A DNA stretch of 64,000 nucleotides from Longimicrobiales bacterium. Its GTDB lineage: Bacteria > Gemmatimonadota > Gemmatimonadetes > Longimicrobiales > Gaopeijiaceae. Position numbers and translations under genes: made by a program. Position 1 is the first letter of the stretch, and every line of letters starts with the position of its first letter. The DNA lies in NCBI GenBank assembly GCA_965238005.1, contig OZ250165.1:4288001-4352000 (forward strand), in the 5' to 3' direction. Below the pieces are notes generated by a model, which saw nothing but the letters and a program-made list of their open reading frames with translations, did not search any database and had not been told where the DNA came from. This document shows, piece after piece, positions 1 to 10,443 of the stretch.

Positions 1-505
1 GTTCCTCAGCGAGCAGGTGCACTCGAAGGATCGAGGCGGCGAGACGCTGCGCAGTGTCGTCGTGTAGCTCGCGAGCGATCCGTCGGCGCTCGTCTTCTGT
101 GGCCTGGAGCACGCCCTCCGAGAAGTCCTGAAGACGCTTTCTCTCGGACACGTCGCGCACGGAGCAAATCACTCGTGCGTCGCCATCCGCCGATGTCCAG
201 GGGCTGAGGCTGATCTCGACGGGGAATCGCGATCCATCCTGACGCCGACCGCTGAGGTCAAGTCCTGCACCCATCGGGCGGATGTGGGGGCTGGCCGTGA
301 AGCCACGCCGATGGTGTTCGTGCGCTGGCCGCTGGGCCTCCGGCACGAGCATCTCCACGGACTGACCTAGTAGGTCTTCACGCGGCCAGCCGAATAGAGC
401 CTCGACCTGCGGGTTCAGGTCGCGGATCACACCCTCCGAATCGACAACCAGGCAGCCATCGGGCGACGCCTCGAAGATCGCTCGGTATTCCTCTGCCGAC
501 AGCAC
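1..505 (-). CDS. PAS-domain sensor histidine kinase (HisKA_3/NarX-like), 3' end beyond window
   Basis: Not in the ORF track. Manual translation gives EYRAIFEASPDGCLVVD...VEMLVPE...HIRPMGAGLDLSGRRQDGSRFPVEISLS...VRDVSERK (FixL-like PAS) then ERRRIARELHDDTAQ (H-box). GTG at 505 follows an AAGGAGGT RBS. Confidence 0.88.
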   Translation of the reverse strand, partial: MLSAEEYRAIFEASPDGCLVVDSEGVIRDLNPQVEALFGWPREDLLGQSVEMLVPEAQRPAHEHHRRGFTASPHIRPMGAGLDLSGRRQDGSRFPVEISLSPWTSADGDARVICSVRDVSERKRLQDFSEGVLQATEDERRRIARELHDDTAQRLAASILRVHLLAEE

Positions 506-722
506 CGGAGCCGACGTACCTCCTTTCTCATCCGAACTTGGGGGGAAACCCCCCACAGCCCTAGAGTCCCATTCCCCACCGTGGCGCCCGCAAAGTCCCT
601 GACAGCGCAGGAAGTCTGCCTAGCAAAGAATATAGGCAAGCCGAGCTGGGCCACAGTGGCTCGTCGCTCGCCCGACGTCCAATGCAACCCAACAGTCAGC
701 GACTTCGAGCAAGGAAGGTCAA

Positions 723-929
723 ATGCTGTCAGAGCAAATGGAGGGCTCGAAGACGATCCCGCCGATGTCCACGACCAGCGCAACAGTTGCCTCACTGGCC
801 CAGTCGCCATACGCGAAGAAGTTCCTCGGCGTACCACTGTTCTGGAAGATCCTGCTTGGCAACCTCGTGGTCGCGGGCTCGGGGATCGTCGCCGGATCCT
901 TGCTCACGCAGGGCACGTTGGGCGGCTGA
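723..929 (+). pseudogene. Probable N-terminal remnant of a membrane sensor protein (one TM helix)
   Basis: KFLGVPLFWKILLGNLVVAGSGIVAG resembles the first TM of HAMP sensor kinases. The ORF stops after 68 aa. Confidence 0.35.
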
Positions 930-1173
930 CAACAGCCTCACAACCGATTGCCCTTTGATAGGGTCCACGCCACATCGCCGCGAACCTGGGGCTCGATCGC
1001 ATGGAATTCGGAACGATGTGGCGCCCGATCCACGGCTCAACTCTGTCGACCGATCGGTTCCCACCGATCGTCTGAAGCAGGAAGAGCCTGTCACCAAGGG
1101 GGCCGAAACGAGACCCCTCCTCCCGGGTCGGCCACCACGGGGAACCGCAGCTCGCCCGTATGCTCACATTTGT

Positions 1174-3738
1174 CTACATCTCTGCGCCCCGCAGCCGCAA
1201 CGCGTTACCGATGACCGACACCGAGCTCAGGCTCATGGCCGCGGCCGCGATGATGGGGCTCAGCAAGATGCCGAACACCGGGTAGAGCACTCCGGCCGCG
1301 ATGGGAACTCCGACGCTGTTGTAGATGAAAGCGAAAAAGAGGTTCTGCCGAATATTACGCATCGTGGCACGGCTCAAACGCCTCGCCCGGACGATCCCTC
1401 GGAGGTCGCCTCGGACGAGCGTGACCCCTGCGCTTTCCATCGCCACATCCGTGCCCGTCCCCATTGCGATGCCGACCTGGGCCTGAGCCAGGGCCGGGGC
1501 GTCGTTGATCCCGTCACCCGCCATGGCGACGACTTTCCCCTCAGCCTGGAGTCGTTTGACGATCTCGGCTTTCTCCTGTGGAAGCACCTCGGCGGCGATC
1601 TCGTCGATGCCAAGCTTGTATCCGACTACCCGGGCCGTCGTCTTACTGTCGCCCGTGATCATGACGACCTGAACTCCCTCCTCGTGGAGTCTCTCGATCG
1701 CGTCAGGCGTCGTCTCCTTGATCGGGTCCGCCACTCCAACGAGGCCCGCGGGCTGGCCATCGACAGCGACGAACATCACCGTCTGGCCATCTCGCCTCAT
1801 GGTCTCCGCACGCTCGACCAGATCCCCCAGTGGCACCTCGAGATCCTCCATCAACGCCAGGTTGCCGAGCCCGACCGAACGGCCCTCCACCCGGCCCTGC
1901 ACACCCTTGCCCGTGACAGACTCGAAGTCCGTGCTGTCACGGAGCGCGGCCCCTCGCTCGATCGCGCCCTCCACAATGGCCTCGGCGAGCGGATGTTCGC
2001 TTCCTCGCTCCAGACTGCCCGCGAAACTGAGAAGCTGCTCGTCGGTGAAGGCTGCGGCCGGGGCCACGGTCACCAGCTTGGGTTTCCCGAGGGTGAGGGT
2101 TCCGGTCTTGTCGACGATAAGCGTGTCGACCTTTCGCAACACCTCGATGGCTTCCGCGTTCTTGAACAGGACGCCCATGGACGCTCCCTTGCCGGTCGCG
2201 ACCATGATGGACATTGGCGTGGCAAGGCCCAAAGCGCAGGGACACGCGATGATCAGGACCGCCACCGCGTTGATGAGCGCGTAGGCCATGGCGGGCTCGG
2301 GACCCACCAGGGCCCAGACGATGAACGTGATGATGGCGATCAACACGACGGCTGGAACGAAGTAGGACGCCACAAGGTCCGCGAGCTTCTGGATGGGCGC
2401 CCGGCTCCGCTGCGCCTCGGCCACCATCTGAACGATCTGCGAAAGCAGAGTCTCGGCGCCCACCCGATCCGCCCGCATGATCAGCGATCCCGTGCCGTTC
2501 ACTGTCGCTCCGATGACCTTGTCGCCCACACCCTTTTCGACGGGTATCGGCTCCCCCGTGAGCATGGCTTCGTCCACCGAGCTCGATCCCTCGACGACGG
2601 TGCCGTCCACGGGCACCTTCTCCCCCGGGCGGATTCTGAGTCGGTCTCCCGGTTGTACCAAGTCGAGGGGAACGTCCTCCTCACTACCGTCATCGTTGAG
2701 TCTTCTCGCCGTCTTGGGCGCCAAACCCAGCAGAGCCTTGATCGCCGCGCTCGTCTGTCCCCGGGCCTTCAGCTCCAGAACCTGCCCCAGGAGAACGAGG
2801 GTGACGATCACGGCAGCCGCCTCGAAGTACACGCCCACCTCGCCGGCTTCGTTACGGAAAGACGCCGGGAAGAGGTCAGGCATGAGTGACGCCACGAGGC
2901 TGAAGACGTAGGCGACACCCACACCGAGTCCGATGAGGGTGAACATGTTGAGGTTGCGTGTGACCACGGACTGCCACCCGCGAACGAAAAAGGGCCACCC
3001 ACCCCAGAGGATGACCGGCGTGCTCAGGAGCAGCTCCGCCCACGCGAGCGTGCCGGACTCGAACCACCTGAGGAGTGGGCTCCCCCCTGGCAGATAGACC
3101 CCCATGGCGATGGCAAGGACCGAGATGCTCAAGGCCGCGCTGACCCAGAAGCGCCGTGTCATGTCCACCAACTCCGGGTTCTCCTCTTCGTCCAGCGTGA
3201 CCATGCGGGGCTCGAGGCCCATCCCGCAGATCGGGCAGCTTCCAGGCTCGTCGCGGACGATCTCCGGGTGCATGGGACACACGTATTCGGTACGCGACGC
3301 CGGGGCCGCGACGATCTCCGGTTCTAGGGACATTCCGCACTTCGGGCATGAGCCCGGGCCCTCCTGACGAACCTCCGGGTGCATGGGACAGGTGTGGATC
3401 GAGGCGATCGTCTTGTGCCCCTCCGGTACGGCTTCCTCCGGAGCTCCCTCCAGGTAGCGCGCAGGGTGCTCTTGGAACTTGGTCACACACCCACGCGAGC
3501 AGAACAGGAATTCGGTGTCATCGTGAACCGTTCGATGGGGAGTGTCCGCCGCAACGCTCATACCGCAGACGGGATCCTCGAGTTGGGTGACCTCGGCGCC
3601 AGGTTCTTGCTCCTGAGGCACCTCATGTGAATGGTCGTGCGGCGGTATAGCCTTTGATGGAGTCCCGTCGGGGGAATCTCCCACCATTCCACCGTGGTCG
3701 TGACCGCTGTGGTCGTCGCCCTCGCGGTCGTGCGTCAT
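1174..3738 (-). CDS. copA: Cu(I)/Ag(I)-translocating P1B ATPase with His-rich N-terminus, YHS domain and two CPMHPE metal-binding repeats
   Basis: DPVCGM..FCSRGC (YHS), two CPMHPE..CPxCGM repeats, [35 protein letters not shown] and MSLSS motifs. ATG 3738 follows AGGAG. Confidence 0.95.
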   Translation of the reverse strand: MTHDREGDDHSGHDHGGMVGDSPDGTPSKAIPPHDHSHEVPQEQEPGAEVTQLEDPVCGMSVAADTPHRTVHDDTEFLFCSRGCVTKFQEHPARYLEGAPEEAVPEGHKTIASIHTCPMHPEVRQEGPGSCPKCGMSLEPEIVAAPASRTEYVCPMHPEIVRDEPGSCPICGMGLEPRMVTLDEEENPELVDMTRRFWVSAALSISVLAIAMGVYLPGGSPLLRWFESGTLAWAELLLSTPVILWGGWPFFVRGWQSVVTRNLNMFTLIGLGVGVAYVFSLVASLMPDLFPASFRNEAGEVGVYFEAAAVIVTLVLLGQVLELKARGQTSAAIKALLGLAPKTARRLNDDGSEEDVPLDLVQPGDRLRIRPGEKVPVDGTVVEGSSSVDEAMLTGEPIPVEKGVGDKVIGATVNGTGSLIMRADRVGAETLLSQIVQMVAEAQRSRAPIQKLADLVASYFVPAVVLIAIITFIVWALVGPEPAMAYALINAVAVLIIACPCALGLATPMSIMVATGKGASMGVLFKNAEAIEVLRKVDTLIVDKTGTLTLGKPKLVTVAPAAAFTDEQLLSFAGSLERGSEHPLAEAIVEGAIERGAALRDSTDFESVTGKGVQGRVEGRSVGLGNLALMEDLEVPLGDLVERAETMRRDGQTVMFVAVDGQPAGLVGVADPIKETTPDAIERLHEEGVQVVMITGDSKTTARVVGYKLGIDEIAAEVLPQEKAEIVKRLQAEGKVVAMAGDGINDAPALAQAQVGIAMGTGTDVAMESAGVTLVRGDLRGIVRARRLSRATMRNIRQNLFFAFIYNSVGVPIAAGVLYPVFGILLSPIIAAAAMSLSSVSVIGNALRLRGAEM

Positions 3739-3856
3739 GTCATCTCTCCTGCGCAAGTCGAATTCTCACCCTACCCCTCGAACCGTCGCCAGTCCAGCAT
3801 GTCGCCAGGCAGGTGCCATGCGGGGTCGGGAAGTGGAGCACCCCGCTGCCCTCCGG

Positions 3857-3967
3857 TCATTTCATGGGTTCCGATCGAGTCCTGGGGTGCTGATGGGACT
3901 GCTGAGCCCCGACCGACGGAGTCCAGAGCAGCAGCGCCGCCGAGAGGATCAAGGCCTGGTTGAACAT
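3857..3967 (-). pseudogene. Signal peptide plus His-rich stub of a secreted metal-related protein
   Basis: MFNQALILSAALLLWTPSVGA-QQSHQHP follows an AGGAG RBS and ends after 36 aa, directly upstream of copA. Confidence 0.35.
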
Positions 3968-4056
3968 TGCAAGCACTCCTGATCTAAGGGTCGCCGAAGG
4001 TCGGTCCATCCGCGAGAATGGCTCGTCGGCCTCCGTCATTCGCGTGTCACGCAGTC

Positions 4057-4101
4057 AGCATAGCGGGCTGGCAATGAAGGCTGCGTGAACTTGCCGTGAA
4101 G
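4057..4101 (-). promoter_or_regulatory. Candidate OmpR/PhoB-family tandem binding site with -10 box, facing copA
   Basis: Minus strand reads CTTCAC-N5-GTTCAC-N5-CTTCAT (TGAA on + at 4075, 4086, 4097; 11-bp period), then TATGCT at 4062-4057. Confidence 0.5.
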
Positions 4102-4172
4102 GTGTCTTCACGTCGGCTCGGCACTCCCGTCATCATTCGTATGATGGATTGGACGGGCGGCTCGCAGTGTCG

Positions 4173-4790
4173 TCAAAGATCCGAGGGGTGTAGGGCCTTC
4201 TCGGTCGTCGCCAGGAAACCCAGCGCGGGATCCTTGAACTGGGCGTGCCTCAGCAGCTCCCAATGGTCACGTAAGTAGCTCTGCAAGAAGTGGATGACGT
4301 GATCCAGCATGATCTGCTGGAAACGTGGGTTCCTGAGGCCCCCTCTTGTCGACCCGAAGGCCACCAATCGGATCTGATGGCCCGACTCGGAGATGGCCGT
4401 TCCGGTTTTTAGGAGCTCTTTTACGATGTGACTCGTTTCCTGGGGCGGACAACACCCGAATCGGGAGAGCGCGGCCTCCAGTACCGAACGTCGCCGGCCG
4501 CTTCGGTTGAACTCCGCGACGCCCTCCTTGACCTCACCGATGATCATGTCGGCCTTATCGTGCGGGCATCCGAGTTCCGGAGCGGGCTCGAACCGCTCGA
4601 CCGCCTTGCTCACGCCCGGGCTTCCGGGCACCAACCGGCCGGCGTGGGGGAATCGAAAAGCGAGGATGTCGAGGTCCGTTGCGGCCCGATACTGATCCGG
4701 GCCCATGGCCTCGACGATCGGGTACTCCGATACCGTGAAGTACCCGTTGACTCTCAGATAAGCTTGGACGAGCGCGACGGCATTATCCAC
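4173..4790 (-). CDS. Hypothetical protein with PD-(D/E)XK-like signature
   Basis: AYLRVNGYF..EY..TDLDILA..IIGEVKEG pattern. GTG 4790 follows GGAG. Confidence 0.7.
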   Translation of the reverse strand: MDNAVALVQAYLRVNGYFTVSEYPIVEAMGPDQYRAATDLDILAFRFPHAGRLVPGSPGVSKAVERFEPAPELGCPHDKADMIIGEVKEGVAEFNRSGRRRSVLEAALSRFGCCPPQETSHIVKELLKTGTAISESGHQIRLVAFGSTRGGLRNPRFQQIMLDHVIHFLQSYLRDHWELLRHAQFKDPALGFLATTEKALHPSDL

Positions 4791-4825
4791 AGCCAGCTCC
4801 AATCCCGATGTCGGAAGTCAACAGC

Positions 4826-5104
4826 TTACCGTGATTCTCTCAGTACACGGAGAGTCTCGGCAAACTGCTCCTCGCTGATCTCACCCCGTGCGAACCGCTG
4901 TCGAAGAGCCTCCTCGGCACTCTCTCGCGTCGCCTCTTCGCGGTGGGTCGCCCCCCGCTCGGCAAACGTGATCCAGAAGCCCCAGATGAGCACGAGTAGG
5001 GTTCCGACGACGAAGATCCACCAGGCCCAGTGCATTCCCATAAGAAGGCCACCTTCATGCCAAGAGTAAGGCATCTGGGCCAGGGCGGCGTACTTGGCGT
5101 TCAT
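4826..5104 (-). CDS. SHOCT-domain small membrane protein
   Basis: MGMHWAWW TM segment and AEEALRQRFARGEISEEQF (SHOCT). AAAGGAG RBS. Confidence 0.85.
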   Translation of the reverse strand: MNAKYAALAQMPYSWHEGGLLMGMHWAWWIFVVGTLLVLIWGFWITFAERGATHREEATRESAEEALRQRFARGEISEEQFAETLRVLRESR

Positions 5105-5387
5105 GATCAACTCTCCTTTTAGAGGAGGGCCAAATGGTCCTCGTCTCCAGTGCGGATATTCACGATGCGGACCACGTCTGTGACAGCGACGACACCATCC
5201 CCGCGATGGCCGGGGGACATCAGTCTCCTATGGTCTCGTGTGGCTCCTTGTTGCCCTCGGGTTCGTGGTCGCGGGCATCGCCTCCTGGGCAAGACAACAC
5301 TGGTGGCAGCCGCTTTCCCTCGGACTCGTGGTAGTCTCGCTCGTTCTGTGCCTCGTCGGGAAGACTTCCTGGGCCCGTTTCAGCAAC

Positions 5388-8021
5388 TCAAGCGGTCTGA
5401 AGGGAGCCCTCGGAAGCGCTCTCCAACACACGCTCGAACGCCAGCTTTCCGCCGTCGGACGGCACCGAAACCCTGATCGTTGAACCCTCGGGCACTTCCT
5501 CGTCCAACAGGTACAGGGCCAGGGGATCCTGGACATCCCGCTGGATGGCCCGTTTCAGGGGTCGAGCTCCGAAGGCCGGATCGTACCCCTCCCGGGCCAG
5601 GAAGTCCTTCGCCTCGTCCGTGATGGTCAGTTCCACTCCCAGATCTCCCGCCAGACCCTCCACGCGCCGGAGCTGTAGGTCCACGATGGACCGGAGATCG
5701 CCCTCGGTCAGAGGTGTGTACACAATCACGTCGTCCACGCGGTTCAGGAACTCGGGACGGAAATGACCACGGAGGACCTCCATCACCACCGCCTCCGTGG
5801 CGTCCCAGTCTTCGGATTCGACCCCCTCGAGGATCATCTGGCTGCCGAGGTTCGAGGTCATGATGATGATCGTGTTGCGGAAGTCCACCGTCCGACCCTG
5901 CGAGTCGGTGAGACGCCCGTCGTCGAGGATCTGGAGCAGCACGTTGAAGACGTCCGGGTGCGCCTTCTCGATCTCGTCGAAGAGGATCACGGCGTGCGGT
6001 CTGCGACGGATCGCCTCGGTGAGCTGTCCCCCCTCCTCGAAGCCGACGTACCCCGGAGGCGCGCCGATGAGGCGTGCAACGGCGTGCTTCTCCATGTACT
6101 CGGACATGTCCAGGCGGACCATGGCGCGCTCGTCGTCGAAGAGGAACTCGGCCAGCGCGCGCGCCGTCTCGGTCTTCCCCACGCCCGTCGGCCCGAGGAA
6201 GATGAAGGACCCGATGGGCCGGTCCGGGTCCTGAAGCCCGGTCCGGGCCCGCCGAACGGCGTTCGATACCGTCCCGAGGGCCTCGGGCTGTCCGATGACC
6301 CTCGCACCCAGGAGCTGCTCGAGGTGGCGGAGCCTCTCCCGCTCGGCCTCCATGAGCCTGGAAACCGGAATGCCCGTCCACTCGGACACGACTTCGGCGA
6401 TATCGTCGGCGCCCACGTCTTCCTTCAGATACTTGCCCTCGCCCTGTAGCTCGGCCAGGCGCTCCTCCGCGACGACCACGGCCTGCTCGGTTCCAGGAAT
6501 CTCAGAGTACTGGACCTCCGCCGCCCGCTCCAGGTCCCCGGTGCGGGTGGCCCGCTCGGCCTCGATTCGGAGCTCTTCCAGCCGTTCCTTCAGTCCCTGG
6601 AGCCGCTGGATGGCCTCCTTCTCGGACTGCCAGCGGGCCTTCATCCCGGCGCCCCGCTCCTTCAGGTCGGACAACACCGCTTCGATGCCGCTCAGCCGGT
6701 CCTTGGCGCCGCTCTCCGTCTCACCGGCCAACGCCTGTTTCTCAATCTCCAGCTGCGTGATGCGCCGCTCCACCTCATCGATCTCTTCGGGCATGGAGTC
6801 GATCTCGATGCGCAGACGGCTTCCTGCCTCATCCATGAGGTCGATGGCTTTGTCCGGGAGGAATCGCCCGCCGATGTACCGGTCCGACAGCTTCGCCGCT
6901 GCGACTATGGCGTTGTCGGTGATGCGTACCCCGTGGTGGACTTCGTAGCGCTCCTTGAGGCCCCTCAGGATGGCTACCGTGTCTTCCACCGACGGAGGAG
7001 CCACGAAGACCGGCTGAAAGCGCCTCTCCAGCGCCGGGTCCTTCTCCACGTGCTTGCGGTACTCGTCCAGGGTTGTAGCGCCGACCACTTTCAGCTCACC
7101 TCGGGCCAGAGCGGGCTTGAGCATGTTCCCTGCGTCTACCGCCCCTTCCGCGGCCCCTGCCCCCACGATGGTGTGGAGCTCGTCGATGAAGATGACGAAG
7201 CGACCCTCTCCCTCGATGATCTCCTTCAGAACCGCCTTCATCCTCTCTTCGAACTCGCCCCGGTATTTGGCACCTGCGAGCATGGCGGAGATATCGAGAG
7301 CCAGCAGCCTCTTGTCGGCAAGGGACGTTGGCACGTCCCCGGCCACGATGCGCTGGGCAAGACCTTCGGCGATGGCCGTCTTACCAACGCCCGGCTCTCC
7401 GATGAGGACCGGATTGTTCTTGGTTCGCCTGCCCAGGACCTTCATCACTCGGCGAATCTCCTCGTCGCGGCCTATGACGGGGTCGAGGCGTCCCTCGCGT
7501 GCCAGGGCCGTCAGATCCCTGCTGTACCGCTCTAGGGCCCTGTACTTGTCCTCGGGATTCTGGTCGGTTACACGATGGGAGCCCCTCACCGAAGCCAGAG
7601 CCCCGAGAACCCGCTCCTGGGTGGCGCCGACCTCCCTGAGAATCCGCCCGGCATCGCCCTTCTCCTCGGTCAGCCCAAGGAGGAGATGCTCCGTGGAGAC
7701 GTACTCGTCCCCCAGGGCACGGGCTTGGGCGTCGGACTCGTCCAGGGCTCGGTTCAGGTCTCGGGCCACGGTCGGGTCCGCCCCGCCGGAGACCCGGGGA
7801 CGGGCCTCCAGAACCTTTGTCACGCGCTCCTCCACGAGAGGTACCGGCGCCCCGATCTTGAGTAGGACAGGTGTGACGATCCCCTCCTCCTGGTGGAGAA
7901 GCGCCTCCAGAAGATGCACGCCCTCGATCTCGGGAGTGCCTCGGCGGCGTGCGCCGGCCGCCGCCTCCTGGATGGCTTCGCCGGCCTTCACCGTCAGTCT
8001 ATCGAAGCTCAGCATTGGCAT
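5388..8021 (-). CDS. clpB: ATP-dependent disaggregase ClpB
   Basis: Clp N-domain, [14 protein letters not shown], coiled-coil M-domain, [16 protein letters not shown] and GARPLKR; 877 aa. Confidence 0.97.
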   Translation of the reverse strand: MPMLSFDRLTVKAGEAIQEAAAGARRRGTPEIEGVHLLEALLHQEEGIVTPVLLKIGAPVPLVEERVTKVLEARPRVSGGADPTVARDLNRALDESDAQARALGDEYVSTEHLLLGLTEEKGDAGRILREVGATQERVLGALASVRGSHRVTDQNPEDKYRALERYSRDLTALAREGRLDPVIGRDEEIRRVMKVLGRRTKNNPVLIGEPGVGKTAIAEGLAQRIVAGDVPTSLADKRLLALDISAMLAGAKYRGEFEERMKAVLKEIIEGEGRFVIFIDELHTIVGAGAAEGAVDAGNMLKPALARGELKVVGATTLDEYRKHVEKDPALERRFQPVFVAPPSVEDTVAILRGLKERYEVHHGVRITDNAIVAAAKLSDRYIGGRFLPDKAIDLMDEAGSRLRIEIDSMPEEIDEVERRITQLEIEKQALAGETESGAKDRLSGIEAVLSDLKERGAGMKARWQSEKEAIQRLQGLKERLEELRIEAERATRTGDLERAAEVQYSEIPGTEQAVVVAEERLAELQGEGKYLKEDVGADDIAEVVSEWTGIPVSRLMEAERERLRHLEQLLGARVIGQPEALGTVSNAVRRARTGLQDPDRPIGSFIFLGPTGVGKTETARALAEFLFDDERAMVRLDMSEYMEKHAVARLIGAPPGYVGFEEGGQLTEAIRRRPHAVILFDEIEKAHPDVFNVLLQILDDGRLTDSQGRTVDFRNTIIIMTSNLGSQMILEGVESEDWDATEAVVMEVLRGHFRPEFLNRVDDVIVYTPLTEGDLRSIVDLQLRRVEGLAGDLGVELTITDEAKDFLAREGYDPAFGARPLKRAIQRDVQDPLALYLLDEEVPEGSTIRVSVPSDGGKLAFERVLESASEGSLQTA

Positions 8022-8039
8022 CCCTTCCGTGGCTGATAT

Positions 8040-8054
8040 CTGCCATTATGGCAG
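8040..8054. promoter_or_regulatory. Palindromic operator candidate upstream of clpB
   Basis: CTGCCA-TTA-TGGCAG perfect 6-bp inverted repeat about 20 bp before the start, next to a TTGCGC -35-like hexamer on the minus strand. Confidence 0.5.
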
Positions 8055-8233
8055 GCGCAAGCTGGTCCGGGTGTCGCTCCTAACACACACCCCGGCCAAT
8101 CCGGCTGGAGACCGCACTCCAGCGAGTGGTTCCACCCCCGGATGATTCAAGATCCGGGCCACCGGACCTTCTCTTCCTCGTCAAAGCGATCGTCTGCCAG
8201 CTTCTCGGCCTCGATGGTGGACGGATAGGCGAA

Positions 8234-8370
8234 TCAAGATGTCGCGCTGTCCGCCGAGTCGAAGCGTCCTTCTCTCGGGTAGCGATTGAGCTTGCGGTAC
8301 AGAGTCCGACGAATGATGCCCAGCAGTTCGGCGGCGGAGCCCTGGTTCCAGCGTGTACGCTCCAGAGTAC
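8234..8370 (-). pseudogene. Fis-type HTH remnant of a sigma54-dependent activator
   Basis: RTLERTRWNQGSAAELLGIIRRTLYRKLNRY matches HTH_8. There is no upstream AAA+ domain. Confidence 0.75.
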
Positions 8371-8599
8371 GTACTGAGTTTACGGTTCTGCTACACGCCA
8401 CCATGCGTCGCCAAGCTCTGAGCTGCAAGGAGAGCCGTGCAGGGCCTAGCGCTTCCTGCTCAACCGCCGCACATCCCGGCGCGCCGCAGCCGCGCGCAGG
8501 GGTCGCCGACCTTGCCGTCGGCCCACCGTCAGCTTATCGAAGTGGGGCGCCAAGGGGGTGCCCCACCAGGACTTCGAGCCGCCCAGAGGGTCCGCTGCC

Positions 8600-9142
8600 A
8601 TGGGGAAAGATCTCGTCCGGATCAGTCGTTTCCTGAGCCTGGTGCTCCGGCATGATCCGGGCCGGATCGGGCTCGAGGTCGACCGGGAGGGCTGGGCTTC
8701 GGTGGCCGACCTCGTTGAGCGCTCACGCCTGGCCGGCTTGGATCTGACCATCGAGCTCGTTCGGGAAGTCGTCGCCACCAGCGACAAGCGCCGCTTCTCG
8801 CTGAGCGAAGACGGCTCGTCGATCCGCGCTAACCAGGGGCACTCAATTCCGGTGGATCTGGGCCTCTCACCTGTGGAGCCGCCGCCGGAGCTGTTCCACG
8901 GCACGGTCCCTCGATTCCTCGAGTCCATTAGAGCCAAGGGGCTCGTTCCCGGCAGCCGCCAGCGCGTCCATCTGTCGCCGGACGCCGAGACGGCGGCTCG
9001 GGTGGGGAGGCGTCGGGGGGAGCCTGTCGTGCTACGGATCGACGCGGCGGCCCTGGCCGCCCGCGGACAGGACTTCTTCGTGTCCGCGAACGGCGTCTGG
9101 CTCACGGCCGCGGTTCCTGCCGAGTTTATCCGGTTTCCGTAG
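8600..9142 (+). CDS. kptA: RNA 2'-phosphotransferase (Tpt1/KptA)
   Basis: SRFLSLVLRH, SDKRRF, IRANQGHS, LFHGT, RQRVHLS and NGVWLT motifs. Confidence 0.95.
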   Translation: MGKDLVRISRFLSLVLRHDPGRIGLEVDREGWASVADLVERSRLAGLDLTIELVREVVATSDKRRFSLSEDGSSIRANQGHSIPVDLGLSPVEPPPELFHGTVPRFLESIRAKGLVPGSRQRVHLSPDAETAARVGRRRGEPVVLRIDAAALAARGQDFFVSANGVWLTAAVPAEFIRFP

Positions 9143-9239
9143 TTTCAGGAGTTAGGCACTTCTTCCGGTACTTCGTGACCAGGACGAGATGGTAGTGAGG
9201 GCTGTGGTGCGCATGAGCGGATCGCTCCAGGGCTTGCAT
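9143..9239 (-). pseudogene. tnpA: Y1 transposase TnpA N-terminal fragment
   Basis: MQALERSAHAHHSPHYHLVLVTKYRKKCLTPE. Homology ends at the kptA stop codon, with no HUH motif or catalytic Tyr. Confidence 0.85.
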
Positions 9240-10421
9240 GCCGATCCTGTTTGTAACGCATTGCTCGAGCAGTGGCGCAGTGCCTGGCGGCACCAGCGGC
9301 GGCGGCACCTGTCCTATACGGATCAGTGCCAAGAAATCACCCAGCTGAGAGGTGAGGCCCCTTCTGGCAGAAGTTCAATGCCCAGTCGATGCAGGTCACC
9401 GCGAAGCGCGTTGATGGGGCCTTCAAGTCATTCTTTCGGCGCCTGAGGCAGGGTGAGAAGGCGGGGTTCCCTCGGTACAAATCGCTGAGTCGCTTCACCG
9501 GGGGGATACAAGACGCACGGGGATGGCTGGCGCTTCACGCCTGATACCGATCACCGGCACCGGATCCGAAACGGCACGCTCCGGATCAGTGGGATCGGGG
9601 AGATGCGCGCCCGCGGCAGGATGCGTACCTATGGCATCCCGAAGACCTGCGAGATCGTCCAGGAAGACGGACGCTGGTATGCGTCGATCACGCTCCTGTG
9701 CTTCCCCGGGCGGGAGACCACCAACCAGACCGCAGGCCTAGACTGGGGAGTCTCGACCTTCGCCACGGTGGCCACGGCCCATGGCGGTGTAGCCCAGATC
9801 CAGAAGCCCAGACTGCTCCGGTCCGCAGAAGAGGCACTGGCCCAGGCGCAGCAGGTCCTTGCCCGCAAAACGAAGGGATCGAGGAACCGAAACAGAGCCC
9901 GTCGCAAGGCGGCCCGGCTGCACCGGAAGGTCCGGAACCAGCGCCTGGGCTTCCTGCATCAGGTGACCGCCCATCTCGTTCACCACTTCGGCTTTCTGGC
10001 CACGGAAGAGTTGGCGGTGGCGAACATGACGAAGTCAGCCCGGGGCACTGAGGAGGCTCCGGGCACGAATGTCCGGCAGAAGGCCGGACTGAACAAGTCC
10101 ATCCTGGACACCGCACCGGGAATGTTCCTCTCGATGCTTCGGTACAAAGCGGAAGAAGCTGGTGCCGAACTCGTGGAGGTGCCCACGCGGTCCTTGAAAC
10201 CCACGCAGCGTTGCGCACGGTGTTGGGAGACGACGAAGAAGTCGCTTTCCCAGCGCATCCATCACTGCGCACACTGTGGGTTCACCTTGGATCGCGATTG
10301 GAATGCAGCCCTGGTTGCGCTGATTCATGCCCTCAGAGGCGACGGCCGGGAACCGGCCGCATGTGTCCGTCTCCCCGCGTCAGGGGCGGGGTGGCACGAA
10401 ACTCCATGTCGAGCGGCCTAG
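9240..10421 (+). pseudogene. tnpB: TnpB RNA-guided nuclease, two frameshifts and missing N-terminus
   Basis: Three frames join as NALLEQW..LSYTDQCQEITQLR / NAQSMQVTAKRVDGAFKSFFRR..GFPRYK / YKTHGDGW..GLDWGV..LATEEL..CARC..CAHC..DRDWNAA. Shifts occur near 9360 (C run) and 9500 (G run). Confidence 0.9.
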
Positions 10422-10443
10422 CCGCTTACATGGAGTGGTTCAT
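10401..10443 (+). ncRNA. IS605 right-end hairpin / 3' part of the TnpB omega-RNA scaffold
   Basis: ACTCCATGT-cg-AGCGGC-cta-GCCGCT-t-ACATGGAGT then GGTTCAT. The tnpB stop lies within the hairpin. Confidence 0.75.

Larger units (their letters stand above)
9143..10443. mobile_element. Decayed IS200/IS605-family element (divergent tnpA stub and tnpB, intact right end, left end lost)
   Basis: TnpA N-terminus on the minus strand, TnpB on the plus strand, and a subterminal hairpin followed by GGTTCAT. Confidence 0.88.

Noticed and set aside
539..600. GGGGGGAAACCCCCC hairpin and GGGAC motifs as a NarL/DosR-type operator
   Set aside because: Plausible upstream of the kinase, but G/C runs are common at this GC content and there is no second instance for support.
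682..2889. 735-aa plus-strand ORF
   Set aside because: Antisense shadow of copA caused by high GC3; it has no motifs.
5238..5483. Small membrane-protein ORF
   Set aside because: Hydrophobic only up to the clpB stop and then overlaps clpB; probably a fragment and cannot be assigned.
9240..10421. Domesticated nuclease-dead TnpB (TldR-like)
   Set aside because: The catalytic D-E-D residues are present and the gene is frameshifted beside a tnpA stub, consistent with ordinary decay.
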